Shown here: positions 19,430-28,025 of the stretch, piece after piece | Layout of the letters: each line of letters starts with the position of its first letter | Position numbering within the stretch: the first letter of the stretch is position 1 | IMG/VR virus record: IMGVR_UViG_2511231106_000004 | Coordinates: 1-64,000 of that record | Source: a virus | Taxonomy: Duplodnaviria > Caudoviricetes | DNA: 64,000 nucleotides | Reading direction: 5' to 3' (one strand) | Position numbers and translations under genes: made by a program | The notes under the pieces: generated by a model | Databases searched by the model: none | Seen by the model: only the letters and a program-made list of their open reading frames with translations | What the model was told of the DNA's origin: nothing

Positions 19430-20082
19430 TCAGAAGTCAAGTTATCCGGCTGATATCCTCGAATGCAACGAGGTGTAATACCAATTGCCAGTATCGGACA
19501 ACCTCCTGACCTTCGACTATCAAGTCTATATGTTAATTTCCCCATCCAAGTTGTACTCGCACCATATTTATTCAATCCATAATGTTTTGGGAAAGTTTTT
19601 AGCTCAGTACCACGGGTTATAATAATCCCCATCGAAATAATATTGAATTCATAGTATGTCCTCATGGCCATAAGATCTCTATCAAATGTTTGATCCTTGC
19701 TATTCCATTCAGTATCAAGAGCAATTTTATTCTTAAAAAAATCAATATTATAGCCGTTTACGTAATCTTGTAGCACAAATGACCTATTCTCTTCTTCCCC
19801 TGACCTTATGGTAAGTTCAATATGTAAGTCGCCATGTACACGAGTCTCTGCCCACCCTTTAGGAAACAATACTTTTTTAAATTTCGGAGGAATAGCAGAT
19901 TCATTACCTCCAGCCTCAAGAATATCATCAATAGATATATCAACATTCCTAAGAGCATCGATGAGTTCATGAAATTCATTCGGGTACGCAGCAGAAAGAA
20001 TTTCAGCAGCATGGTAATAGCTGTATATCTCATATTTCTCTAAAATGTCAGCCGGAAAATATTTATTCAAAGTATTCATCAT
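19426..20082 (-). CDS. BglII/BstYI-family type II restriction endonuclease
   Basis: IDFFKNKIALDTEWNSKDQTFDRDL, YGASTT, GGCPILAIGI; adjacent to the MTase. Confidence 0.85.
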   Translation of the reverse strand: MMNTLNKYFPADILEKYEIYSYYHAAEILSAAYPNEFHELIDALRNVDISIDDILEAGGNESAIPPKFKKVLFPKGWAETRVHGDLHIELTIRSGEEENRSFVLQDYVNGYNIDFFKNKIALDTEWNSKDQTFDRDLMAMRTYYEFNIISMGIIITRGTELKTFPKHYGLNKYGASTTWMGKLTYRLDSRRSGGCPILAIGITPRCIRGYQPDNLTSD

Positions 20083-20355
20083 TGCAATTCCTTTCTTTAC
20101 CCCAGCAAATAACTTCCCATCACTTTCGTTGTTATACCAATTCAAGAATACGACATTTCTCCTATACTTCTTGAATCAAGTTGTTTTGTAAGCCATTTAT
20201 TGTAATCACATATTATTTGTACCAGGTCATCAAGTTTATTTACAATAATTTCTTCATTCCACTTACTTTAAGTTTCTTGATTACTATTAATTATTTCTGA
20301 ATGTAAGAATGAATTTTCTGCTAACCTACAGATAACTAAATCTGCCTCCATTCAA

Positions 20356-20571
20356 CTACTTGTCTTCTTTTGTCGGAATCAGATCCATAATATCCCCGAT
20401 ATTACATTCCAGTGTTTTACAGACTTTTATAAGTACTTCCATGCTTACTGACTCGCCTTTTGAAAGTTTCGTTACAGATGCCCAACTAATACCCGCAGCT
20501 GCTTGAAGATCCTTCTTTTTCATTTCCTTATCGATCAAAAGCTTCCATAATTTTTTGTAACTTATTTTCAT
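20356..20571 (-). CDS. Cro/C1-type HTH regulator upstream of the R-M pair
   Basis: MKISYKKLWKLLIDK... HTH_26-like. Confidence 0.88.
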   Translation of the reverse strand: MKISYKKLWKLLIDKEMKKKDLQAAAGISWASVTKLSKGESVSMEVLIKVCKTLECNIGDIMDLIPTKEDK

Positions 20572-20785
20572 CTTGCCCCCGTTAAATTAAGCTAAAAAAA
20601 AATAGTGTACTTATTTTTATAGTATAACATTTTAAACTGTATGTTACAATGAAATTCTTCACATATACATGAATATTCTTCATACAAACGAGAATTTATG
20701 AAAAGATAAACACTTTATGCACGAAAAAAGTCAGGGGATCATTTTCCCCACCATGGCTTACTCCATATTTTCTATCCAACACCCG

Positions 20786-21517
20786 TCAAAAATCCTTATA
20801 CTCATCCTCCGTCCCGGTCAATTCTGCCCACCTGGCTGCCAGAAGTTTTGCATAATCGATGTAGAAAAGCCCGTAACTCCCTAGGGCATATCCGTCATTG
20901 ACTTCGATGAGCAAAGTCTTCCCGGTATCCGTCAGGCCAAAATCCAGAGAATACCCGGCCGGTGCGGTCTTGTACTCCTGCACAGCTTTTTTGATGATTT
21001 CCGGATCCGGCATCTTTTCCCAGGTTCCCCGATAATGTCTTGCATCCAGGATTCTTCCATAGCGGATAAAACAGCGCCACTCCGTCACAAACCGGACGGG
21101 CTCCGAGCACCATACAGGCACATCGTGCTCCCAGTTTCCGCGTCCCACCAGGTCTTTGGGAGACTGAACAAGCACGCCGGTGATTTCTTTATCCGCAACA
21201 GATTTTACGAATACAGGCCACTGTTCCGGATGGGAATTGATGGTATTGATGGTGGATTTCCAGATTTTCCGTCCCAGGCAGAATTTCAGCTCCTCGGGAT
21301 AATCCAAATCGGGAAAAGAAAAAACCATTTCTTTCAAATGCTGCTGAACCGTATCCACATAGCCAACCATAACATCCGCGGGTGCCGCCTCCCGCATTTT
21401 CTCGGGATTATGGAAAAAACAGATTTCAGCCCCCACTTCTTCAAAACCGCACATGGCCTCAAAAAAATTCTTGTTGGCAGGCCGTTCCCCCTTGTGTGAC
21501 TGTATTCAGACTTTCAT
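20786..21517 (-). pseudogene. ATP-grasp (DUF4343/R2K-like) protein with TGA at codon 4; ORF resumes at ATG 21454
   Basis: RBS then ATG AAA GTC TGA ATA CAG, in frame with PVFVKS, EWRCFI, LDFG..LLIEVNDGYALG. Confidence 0.7.
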
Positions 21518-21577
21518 TTTCTTCACTTCCTTTTCTTTCAGTATATCACATGACCTGGGTAAAAAAGTCGACAGTAA

Positions 21578-21616
21578 AAAAAAGCCATGGCAGGATTTTT
21601 CCCACCATGGCTCTCT
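21578..21616 (-). terminator. Late-operon terminator
   Basis: aaaaaagccatgg...ccatggct hairpin after the lysis genes. Confidence 0.65.
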
Positions 21617-22051
21617 TCATTTCCGCACCCAAGCCGCCAGCAGCACCGTCCCTATCCCATAAGCCAGGTTCCGCTGGGCCTTCAGCCGTTTCTGTGTTCT
21701 ATTGTTTTCTTTCTCGTACGCGGCTAAGGATTCGTTGGCAATCCGCAAGGATTCTTCCTGCCTGATCGAGGTCCTCTCCAGTTCTTTCAACTGATTCCCG
21801 AGCAGACTGGACTGTTTCCTGGCTTTCTGTAATTCGGTCTGCGCTTCGGTCAATTGCGTTTCCAATTCCTCCATGCGTTTCTTCTGTTGACTGGATTCCT
21901 TCTGTAATCTGATGTTGATGGTCTGCAGCTCGGTGATATTCGTTTCCAACCGGGTCAGTTCCTCCTCCGTTATGGTATACGTAGAGGCCCAGGAGACCTG
22001 CGGAAAGGACAACAACAAGCACAGCAATAAGCACCAGGCGCTTTTTCTCAA
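21617..22051 (-). CDS. Signal-peptide coiled-coil protein with C-terminal hydrophobic tail (putative spanin component)
   Basis: Signal ending VSWA, heptad-rich body, AYGIGTVLLAAWVRK tail; last gene of the lysis cassette. Confidence 0.7.
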   Translation of the reverse strand: MRKSAWCLLLCLLLSFPQVSWASTYTITEEELTRLETNITELQTINIRLQKESSQQKKRMEELETQLTEAQTELQKARKQSSLLGNQLKELERTSIRQEESLRIANESLAAYEKENNRTQKRLKAQRNLAYGIGTVLLAAWVRK

Positions 22052-22061
22052 TGATCCCCAC
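21699..22061 (-). CDS. Overlapping-frame type II membrane protein (putative i-spanin)
   Basis: KKR + LVLIAVLVVVLSAGLLGLYVY TM segment, then a helical domain; nested in an alternative frame. Confidence 0.5.
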   Translation of the reverse strand: MGIIEKKRLVLIAVLVVVLSAGLLGLYVYHNGGGTDPVGNEYHRAADHQHQITEGIQSTEETHGGIGNAIDRSADRITESQETVQSARESVERTGEDLDQAGRILADCQRILSRVRERKQ

Positions 22062-22070
22062 CCTCTTTCT

Positions 22071-22160
22071 TCAGATGACCAGGGTAAAGAGAAGCACCCC
22101 GGTCAGGATGCCCAACAGATAGCCCAGAAGAAATTCATCGCTGATCCGCCACATGTCCAT
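22071..22160 (-). CDS. 29-aa single-TM peptide in the lysis cassette
   Basis: MDMWRISDEFLLGYLLGILTGVLLFTLVI*, RBS GAGGA; fills the gap between endolysin and the spanin-like genes. Confidence 0.55.
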   Translation of the reverse strand: MDMWRISDEFLLGYLLGILTGVLLFTLVI

Positions 22161-22165
22161 GGTCC

Positions 22166-22720
22166 TCATCCTTTCTGGGCCACATAATCCGTCACCCCGC
22201 GGGCAATGGCACGGGCAAATTCGTCCTTCCGGTTCATCAGGAGCTGTACATCTTCCTCATTGGTGATGAACGCCGTTTCCACCAGGACCGCCGGCATATC
22301 CGTCTCCCGGAGCACCGCCAGCCCCGGCCGTTCCTTTACGCCCCGGTCCACGGTCCCCAGGCTCTGGACAATCTGGTTCTGGATGCATTCCGCCAGACCG
22401 CAGACTTCTGCACTGTCACTGCTGTACACCAGAGTTTCCGTCCCCTGGGCTTCTTCTGCAGCTGCCGCATTGCAGTGGATGGACAGGAACAGGTCCGCCT
22501 GCCACCCGTTGGCACTGGCACAAATGTTGGTATAATTGGGAGACTCCCCGCAGAGATTGTCGGACTGGACCAGCAGGCAGTTATAACCCACCCGGTTCAG
22601 GTACTGCTGGACTCCTGCCCCGATTTCCTTCACGATACCGGCTTCCGTGACGCCGTATTTGTCATTGACAGCCCCGCTGTCCACACCGGGCATATGCCCT
22701 GGATTGATAAAAATCTTCAT
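22166..22720 (-). CDS. Endolysin, N-acetylmuramoyl-L-alanine amidase (Amidase_3)
   Basis: INPGH, E, FLSIHCNA, AVLVETAFITN Zn-amidase motifs. Confidence 0.95.
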   Translation of the reverse strand: MKIFINPGHMPGVDSGAVNDKYGVTEAGIVKEIGAGVQQYLNRVGYNCLLVQSDNLCGESPNYTNICASANGWQADLFLSIHCNAAAAEEAQGTETLVYSSDSAEVCGLAECIQNQIVQSLGTVDRGVKERPGLAVLRETDMPAVLVETAFITNEEDVQLLMNRKDEFARAIARGVTDYVAQKG

Positions 22721-23031
22721 TTTTTCTCCTCCTTTTCAAAGTGGTCCGGGATGCCGTTCCCGTCAAGATCCACAAAGCAGCCTGCAATGAAGGTGACAAA
22801 CCCCACCATGGCAGGCCCGACCAGTTCCCGCACCATGGCCAGAAGGTCCGGCAGCTGGATTTTCCCCGTCACCGCCAGATACAGCCAGAAGCCATAGTAG
22901 GAAAGCACAAAAAGAAAGACCGTCACAAGATACCCTATGACGATCCATTTGATGGGCTGCTGGAATTGGTTCAGGCGTGCTTTCACCGCATCCAGGCCTT
23001 TAGTCAGTATCCCTTTTACTTTTTCAAACAT
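22717..23031 (-). CDS. Putative holin (2 TM)
   Basis: Two hydrophobic segments and a charged C-terminus; directly upstream of the endolysin. Confidence 0.7.
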   Translation of the reverse strand: MFEKVKGILTKGLDAVKARLNQFQQPIKWIVIGYLVTVFLFVLSYYGFWLYLAVTGKIQLPDLLAMVRELVGPAMVGFVTFIAGCFVDLDGNGIPDHFEKEEKK

Positions 23032-23312
23032 GGCGGATTCCCCAGATTACTGTGATCGTGGATGCGGTCCACTTCTCCCTTCAGGTCCTTGTACCGGTGC
23101 CACAGGTTGTCGATATTGGTCTCGATGCCTGCCTGGGCCACCCGCATTTCGTTGATGAGCCCCGTCAAATCTTCCAGAGCTTTGGTGTTGTTGTCGATGC
23201 TTTTGTGGAGCGCCTGGTTCTCGATTTTTTGTGGCCGCAGGATCAGCCAGCACCCGAAGACTGCCAGGGCACTGATTACCGCGTTCACAAAAGTGTAGCT
23301 AATGAAGTTCAT
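23016..23312 (-). CDS. Holin-like membrane protein (N-terminal TM + coiled coil)
   Basis: TM followed by IDNNTKALEDL; lysis-cassette position. Confidence 0.65.
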   Translation of the reverse strand: MNFISYTFVNAVISALAVFGCWLILRPQKIENQALHKSIDNNTKALEDLTGLINEMRVAQAGIETNIDNLWHRYKDLKGEVDRIHDHSNLGNPPCLKK

Positions 23313-23330
23313 GGTCTTCCCTCCTTTCTG

Positions 23331-23984
23331 TTATCTTCGATCTCCCGAAACATGGAGAGCCCGGCCTTTGTACCGTCCCTTTTCGGTGCCGCAGTACACG
23401 TCTTCCGTAGGACTCCAGGCAAAGGAGAACCAGTTCTCCCCTTGGGTCAGCTCCTGGGTCTGGCCGGCGTGGCTCACATAAACCGGCTCCTTCCAGAAGG
23501 CAGATCGTTCAAACACCAGGCTTCCCTCGATCCGACCGTAATGGATCCGGGCCTTCACATGATGCACACTCCAGCTAAAGGCCCGGTCCAGTTTGTGGAG
23601 GTCGGCCATGGCTACATGAGGAAAACGGGAGAAGTCATGAGTGCGGCTTCGGAGTTCCGGCTGGCCCTTGGGCAGGAATACCTTCATAAAGGTATCCTTC
23701 CCGGACTTGTCAATCTGCACAAAGGAGCACAGACTCAGAGTCCGCAGCAGCTCCTGGGGCCCCAGATCCATCACCTGGAGAATCTCCCGGAAGTTGAACA
23801 GGGGATACACGGACCCTGTGATGGGGTTCTTCAGGATCACCGTGGAGGACCCGCTCCGAAGGGCATCCAGGTTGATGGCCACTCGTTTGTTGCTGCAGGA
23901 GAAGCTCAGTCGCCTTTCTTCCAGATCCAGGGAAATGGTATCCGTTGTCTGCACCGCCTCCGGGAAGATAAAGAGATGGTTCAT
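23331..23984 (-). CDS. Hypothetical protein of the rSAM cluster
   Basis: ATG overlaps the rSAM2 stop (ATGA); 217 aa. Confidence 0.75.
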   Translation of the reverse strand: MNHLFIFPEAVQTTDTISLDLEERRLSFSCSNKRVAINLDALRSGSSTVILKNPITGSVYPLFNFREILQVMDLGPQELLRTLSLCSFVQIDKSGKDTFMKVFLPKGQPELRSRTHDFSRFPHVAMADLHKLDRAFSWSVHHVKARIHYGRIEGSLVFERSAFWKEPVYVSHAGQTQELTQGENWFSFAWSPTEDVYCGTEKGRYKGRALHVSGDRR

Positions 23985-24943
23985 GGCCGGTTCACTTCCT
24001 TCTGGAACCAGGTGTAGAGGGCCTTGTAGAACCGGCACTCCAGAGCATGCTCCTGGCTGACGATGCAGGCCCCGCCGCACGTACCGTAAACGGAACACTG
24101 GCGGCACTCGGGGCTGAGAGCATCCAGAAGGACCTGCTGTTCCTTCAGCCAATCCGTGCCTAGCTTTTCTTTCCGGATGTACAGACAGGGATACGCCTGC
24201 CCTTTGGCATCCACCTTCCGGAGAGTCCGGTTGCTGCAGTAGGTTTCTCCGTACATGTACTGAACCTCCCTGCGCCGTTCCAGGGTCTGGTAAAGTCCTT
24301 CATACCGCAGATCTTTTATCCCGAAGCGTTTCAGCCGGGACAGGTACAGTCCCACGTACTTCTTGTACTGTTCCAGGATGGAATCGTAGTCTTCCCGGGT
24401 CAGGGCATACTTCCGATTCTCCTCGTTGGTTACATGCATGAGATGCGGGAAGAAGGACAGATTCCTGCCGATGACTTTCTCCTTCTCCCGGAACTTTGCC
24501 ATAATGGCTCCCAGGTCCGTATTCCCATGGTACAGGGTGGTGGAAACCGCCAGGTCCGGGTAATCCAATAGATCGGTGAAAGGATCATACCCCCGCAGGT
24601 CCCTTTCTGCCCCATCATAGCTGATGCAGATTTGGAAGTAATGCTCCCGGAAATAATCCAGGTGCTTTTCGATGCCGATGCCGTTGGTGCTGACCGCAAA
24701 CTTCGCCTGGGGCACTGCTTCCACCACTTTCCGGATTTCCTTCATGTAAAGCAGAGGTTCCCCTCCCATGAACTTGATGGCTCTAGGAGGATTCCGTTTC
24801 AATTTTGCCAGAAATTCTTCTGAAATGCCCCCTTCCCCATCCGAAGCCTCCCGGTGGCAGTAGGCACAGTGGAGATTGCACTGGCTACCTAAATAAAGGG
24901 TGATTTGAACCTGTGTCGGCAAATCCATCTTGTTTTTTTGCAT
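23981..24943 (-). CDS. Radical SAM/SPASM-domain protein 2
   Basis: CNLHCAYC, GGEP, STNG; YPC and CRQCSVYGTCGGAC SPASM motif. Confidence 0.93.
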   Translation of the reverse strand: MQKNKMDLPTQVQITLYLGSQCNLHCAYCHREASDGEGGISEEFLAKLKRNPPRAIKFMGGEPLLYMKEIRKVVEAVPQAKFAVSTNGIGIEKHLDYFREHYFQICISYDGAERDLRGYDPFTDLLDYPDLAVSTTLYHGNTDLGAIMAKFREKEKVIGRNLSFFPHLMHVTNEENRKYALTREDYDSILEQYKKYVGLYLSRLKRFGIKDLRYEGLYQTLERRREVQYMYGETYCSNRTLRKVDAKGQAYPCLYIRKEKLGTDWLKEQQVLLDALSPECRQCSVYGTCGGACIVSQEHALECRFYKALYTWFQKEVNRP

Positions 24944-24944
24944 A

Positions 24945-25775
24945 TTACCCCTGCCTTCCAACAAACACCAGATAGTCGTTCCACACCTCGTACCACTTTC
25001 TCCCCAGCTTAATCTTCACCGGGCCTTCGTACCCAAAGGGATACAGCCGGAAACTGCCTGTTCCGTTTACCAACCTGACCCGTCTGTTGTTCACAAGGCC
25101 GGCAGAAGATTCTACAAAGACTTCTTCGTCATCAATATCCCGGGTTAGCTTCTCCTTCGTAGAGAAATCTCCTTTGTACTTTTGGATGGTAAAATCGATA
25201 TAATCCTTATCACCTTCCGGGGTGAAGGGTTCTTCCGGATCTCCATCAATCAGGTATCCTTTCCGGTTGGCCATCAGTTCCCGGTCCCCAGCGGAAAGGC
25301 TGTAGCTGTCCCAGAGTTTCATCCTGGGATGATCCCCCAGGATCAAGTCGCTGGTGTTAAAGGGCAACAGTTCATATTCCTGGTCCGTGTCAAGGGTCAG
25401 GTTTTCCTTCTGCCCGTTGAACATCCGCACCACAATATCCCGCTGGCCTTCCGCCATGATGCCCGTATCGATATCGAGGATGGTGGTATTTCCATAAAGC
25501 TGGGTCAGGACGGCAAAGTCCAGCTTGATGGATACTCCCAGCCGGTTAAGGTCAAGGAACCGGTAGTCCGAGGCCATGGGACGGCGGAACAGTTTCACGG
25601 TCCCGTTTCCTTCTGTAAGAACGTAGGAACTGTAAGGATGCATGGTCTCGATCACATCCGCTCCCTTCCGGCTTTCGCTGTTGCTGGTGCATTCCGCCTT
25701 GCAGTAATCGCCCCGGAGAGTCAGGTGGATCAGGTAGTCAGCATTGGATTCCTCGTTGTAATAGATCTTCAGCAT
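24945..25775 (-). CDS. Hypothetical protein of the rSAM cluster
   Basis: 276-aa ORF coupled to both neighbours; RBS GGAGG. Confidence 0.8.
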   Translation of the reverse strand: MLKIYYNEESNADYLIHLTLRGDYCKAECTSNSESRKGADVIETMHPYSSYVLTEGNGTVKLFRRPMASDYRFLDLNRLGVSIKLDFAVLTQLYGNTTILDIDTGIMAEGQRDIVVRMFNGQKENLTLDTDQEYELLPFNTSDLILGDHPRMKLWDSYSLSAGDRELMANRKGYLIDGDPEEPFTPEGDKDYIDFTIQKYKGDFSTKEKLTRDIDDEEVFVESSAGLVNNRRVRLVNGTGSFRLYPFGYEGPVKIKLGRKWYEVWNDYLVFVGRQG

Positions 25776-26179
25776 ACCCCTTCCTCCTTGTCTGCTACAT
25801 CGTACCCATTGACCAGGACATCCTTGCCACCCTCGATGGTCAGGCGATAGCCGGTGACTTCTTCCTTTTTGATTTTCATCACATCCTCCTGCATCTTTCT
25901 CCCTTCAAAAAGCATCTGGATTCGTCCATTCATAGCCTTCCGCACGCCTTTGAGGGAGATGGCGCTTCGCAACCCAGTAAGGGTGAAAAGAAGGCTGTTC
26001 CCCGCCAGGACCAGGTCTTTGTTCCGTTCAAAATGGAGTGTCTGATGGAGCTGGACCTGTTCTACCATCAGCAGGTTCCTTGCCCGATGGCCCCGGTCCA
26101 CCACCAGCATTCCCGGTTTTAGATTCTCTACCGGCACAGGCCCTTCCGCCGTACTTACGTTTCCTTTTGCAATGATCAT
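25769..26179 (-). CDS. Stand-alone degenerate Hint (Hedgehog/intein) domain protein
   Basis: IAKGNVSTAEGPVPVENLKPGMLVVD resembles Hint block A; GYRLTIEGGKDVLVNGYDVAD resembles blocks F/G; lacks Cys1 and His-Asn. Confidence 0.65.
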   Translation of the reverse strand: MIIAKGNVSTAEGPVPVENLKPGMLVVDRGHRARNLLMVEQVQLHQTLHFERNKDLVLAGNSLLFTLTGLRSAISLKGVRKAMNGRIQMLFEGRKMQEDVMKIKKEEVTGYRLTIEGGKDVLVNGYDVADKEEGVC

Positions 26180-26193
26180 AAGTTGTTCCTCCT

Positions 26194-26565
26194 TTAGCTG
26201 TCATCCGAGCAATTGCAGTTGCAGTCGCAATTGCAGTTCTGGGTCATGTAATACTGGCATTTCTGGCACCCCTGGCAGGTTTGGCACCCTTGACAAGTCT
26301 GGCATTTTTGGCATCCCTGGCATGTCTGGCAAGACTGGCACCCCTGACAAGTCTGGCAGCAGTTGGCCTGGCAACAGTTTCCCGAAAAGGCCTCCTCTAG
26401 TTTGTTCACCGCTGTTTCCAGGGCTGCCACGTTGATTTTCTTCACCTTGTCATAGTTCATCGAGGAAAGGTCGATGGAAATCTTCGTCTTTGTGGCAAGG
26501 GTCTCCAGTCCCGACTGGATGTCCGTCAGGTCCTTCTTCCATACAATCTCGTTCTGACTTGCCAT
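26194..26565 (-). CDS. Cys-rich (CQx)12 repeat protein, putative rSAM substrate (123 aa, 20 Cys)
   Basis: MASQNEIV... ends CNCDCNCNCSDDS; RBS GGAGGAGG. Confidence 0.85.
   Translation of the reverse strand: MASQNEIVWKKDLTDIQSGLETLATKTKISIDLSSMNYDKVKKINVAALETAVNKLEEAFSGNCCQANCCQTCQGCQSCQTCQGCQKCQTCQGCQTCQGCQKCQYYMTQNCNCDCNCNCSDDS
26254..26376 (-). repeat. 9-bp tandem repeat TG(C/T)CAGnnn encoding CQx units
   Basis: Twelve consecutive CQx codon triplets. Confidence 0.85.
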
Positions 26566-26566
26566 C

Positions 26567-26929
26567 TTATGGCCCTCCTCCCGAATCGTCCGAGCAGTTA
26601 CAGTTGCTACAGTTGCAGTTGCAATCGCACTGCCCTCTCGTCTGGCAGGTACAGTTCCTCGAGCTGCACTGGCTGATGCTCTGGCAGGTTTGGCAGGAAC
26701 TGGACTGACATTTCTGGCTCTGACATCCCTGGCAGGTCTGGCATTTCTGGCACGACTGGCAGAAGGTGCAGTTTCCGCAGTTGTCCACATTGGCCCCGTA
26801 GGCATTGAGCTGTTCCAGGGCCGTCTGGAGTTCCGTCACATGGATGGCCTTCACCTTCAGCTCACTGGTATCTGTGAGGGCTGTCGTGTCCGTGAAGGTG
26901 GTTTTATTGATGGTTCCGTTCTTTGCCAT
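26567..26929 (-). CDS. Cys-rich protein, putative rSAM substrate (120 aa, 19 Cys)
   Basis: Helical N-terminus (KAIHVTELQTALEQL), CQx repeats, ends CDCNCNCSNCNCSDDSGGGP. Confidence 0.85.
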   Translation of the reverse strand: MAKNGTINKTTFTDTTALTDTSELKVKAIHVTELQTALEQLNAYGANVDNCGNCTFCQSCQKCQTCQGCQSQKCQSSSCQTCQSISQCSSRNCTCQTRGQCDCNCNCSNCNCSDDSGGGP

Positions 26930-28025
26930 GGTTCTTCTCCAATAGCTTCTGCCCGTACTGCTGGATGGCTATCAGGACCGGAGTGAAAACGGCCCGCTTG
27001 AGCCGGCAGTAGGATCCCTTCCGGGCTTTGTCCCCCACCAGCTTGCAGCCGCCCTGACAGAAGGCGAGAGCTGTACAGGACAGGCACTCTTTTCGATACT
27101 CATGGGTGTGGTCCCCAGCAAGGATCCGCTGCAAGTAACTGAAGTACCCGTCATGGATGGTGCCGGCTTTCCGGGAGGTGTTGTGGCAGGGATACAGATT
27201 GCCCTGGAGATCCAGGTTCAGTACCGTGAGGCCGTTCCCGCAGGCCGCCGTGTACCGGTCCCACTTGCCTTTTCCCGTCAGGTAGAAATCCTTCAGGGAT
27301 CCAAAAAGCTGACGGATGTAGGCTTCTTCCGTGTACCGATCCGGGGGGACCCGTTTCCCAAAGCCGTCCAGGAACTGGAGGGCCATGGCCGTCATCTCCC
27401 GCTTCACCCGGCTGTAGTCTATGTCCAGCAGATTCTTCTTCGGAAGGCCCGTATCCATGATCTCGTCCAGGTTCACGGCAATCTGGTACCCATGGATGAC
27501 ACTGTACTCCTCCGAAATCTTCTGGAATGCCTGAAGCACTTCCCGGGGATAGGCTTTGGCGGAAAGGACGGCAGAAAGACAGAGATGTCCCAGGGCCAGG
27601 ATCCGTTCCCGGGTTTCCGGCACGGAAAACACATCGTATCCCCGGGTTTCCCTCACGTGAGGTCCGTCCCAGGACACACAGACCGTAAAATTCCGGGCAT
27701 TAAAAAAACGGACCATTTCATCCGTGAGGGCCCGGCCATTGGTAATGATCCCAAAGGTCATGTTCAATTTGCGTTTCTTAACAGCAGCCACCACTTCCTG
27801 GATGGTGCCAAAGTACAACAGAGGCTCCCCGCCGTAGAACTGCAGGTGGAGGGGCCGGGAGTTTTCTTGAGAAATCTTTTCCAGGAAGTCGTAGATTTCT
27901 GGGTTGACCTCCCGGGTCAGAGGCTTATGCACCAGAGGATGCTGCAGACAGTAAGCACAGTTCATATTGCAGGAATTCCCCAGCATGAGGAATACCGTGT
28001 TAATGTTCCGTTTTAAATATTTCAT
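26904..28025 (-). CDS. Radical SAM/SPASM-domain protein 1
   Basis: CNMNCAYC, FYGGEP, ITNG, SWDG; CGNG..GNLYPCH..CLSCTALAFCQGGC SPASM; ATG overlaps the tail fibre stop. Confidence 0.93.
   Translation of the reverse strand: MKYLKRNINTVFLMLGNSCNMNCAYCLQHPLVHKPLTREVNPEIYDFLEKISQENSRPLHLQFYGGEPLLYFGTIQEVVAAVKKRKLNMTFGIITNGRALTDEMVRFFNARNFTVCVSWDGPHVRETRGYDVFSVPETRERILALGHLCLSAVLSAKAYPREVLQAFQKISEEYSVIHGYQIAVNLDEIMDTGLPKKNLLDIDYSRVKREMTAMALQFLDGFGKRVPPDRYTEEAYIRQLFGSLKDFYLTGKGKWDRYTAACGNGLTVLNLDLQGNLYPCHNTSRKAGTIHDGYFSYLQRILAGDHTHEYRKECLSCTALAFCQGGCKLVGDKARKGSYCRLKRAVFTPVLIAIQQYGQKLLEKNHGKERNHQ

Noticed and set aside
21506-21508. Genetic-code reassignment or selenocysteine at the in-frame TGA
   Set aside because: TGA is used as a normal stop in many phage genes here; no suppressor tRNA or SECIS identified.
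26172-26435. Plus-strand ORF with G-x-x collagen-like periodicity
   Set aside because: It is the reverse complement of the CQx repeat.
26566-26805. N-terminal extensions given by the ORF track for several genes (26805, 28328, 31107, 24152, 52846, 58143)
   Set aside because: They overlap upstream genes; downstream ATGs with RBS or stop-start coupling are better starts.
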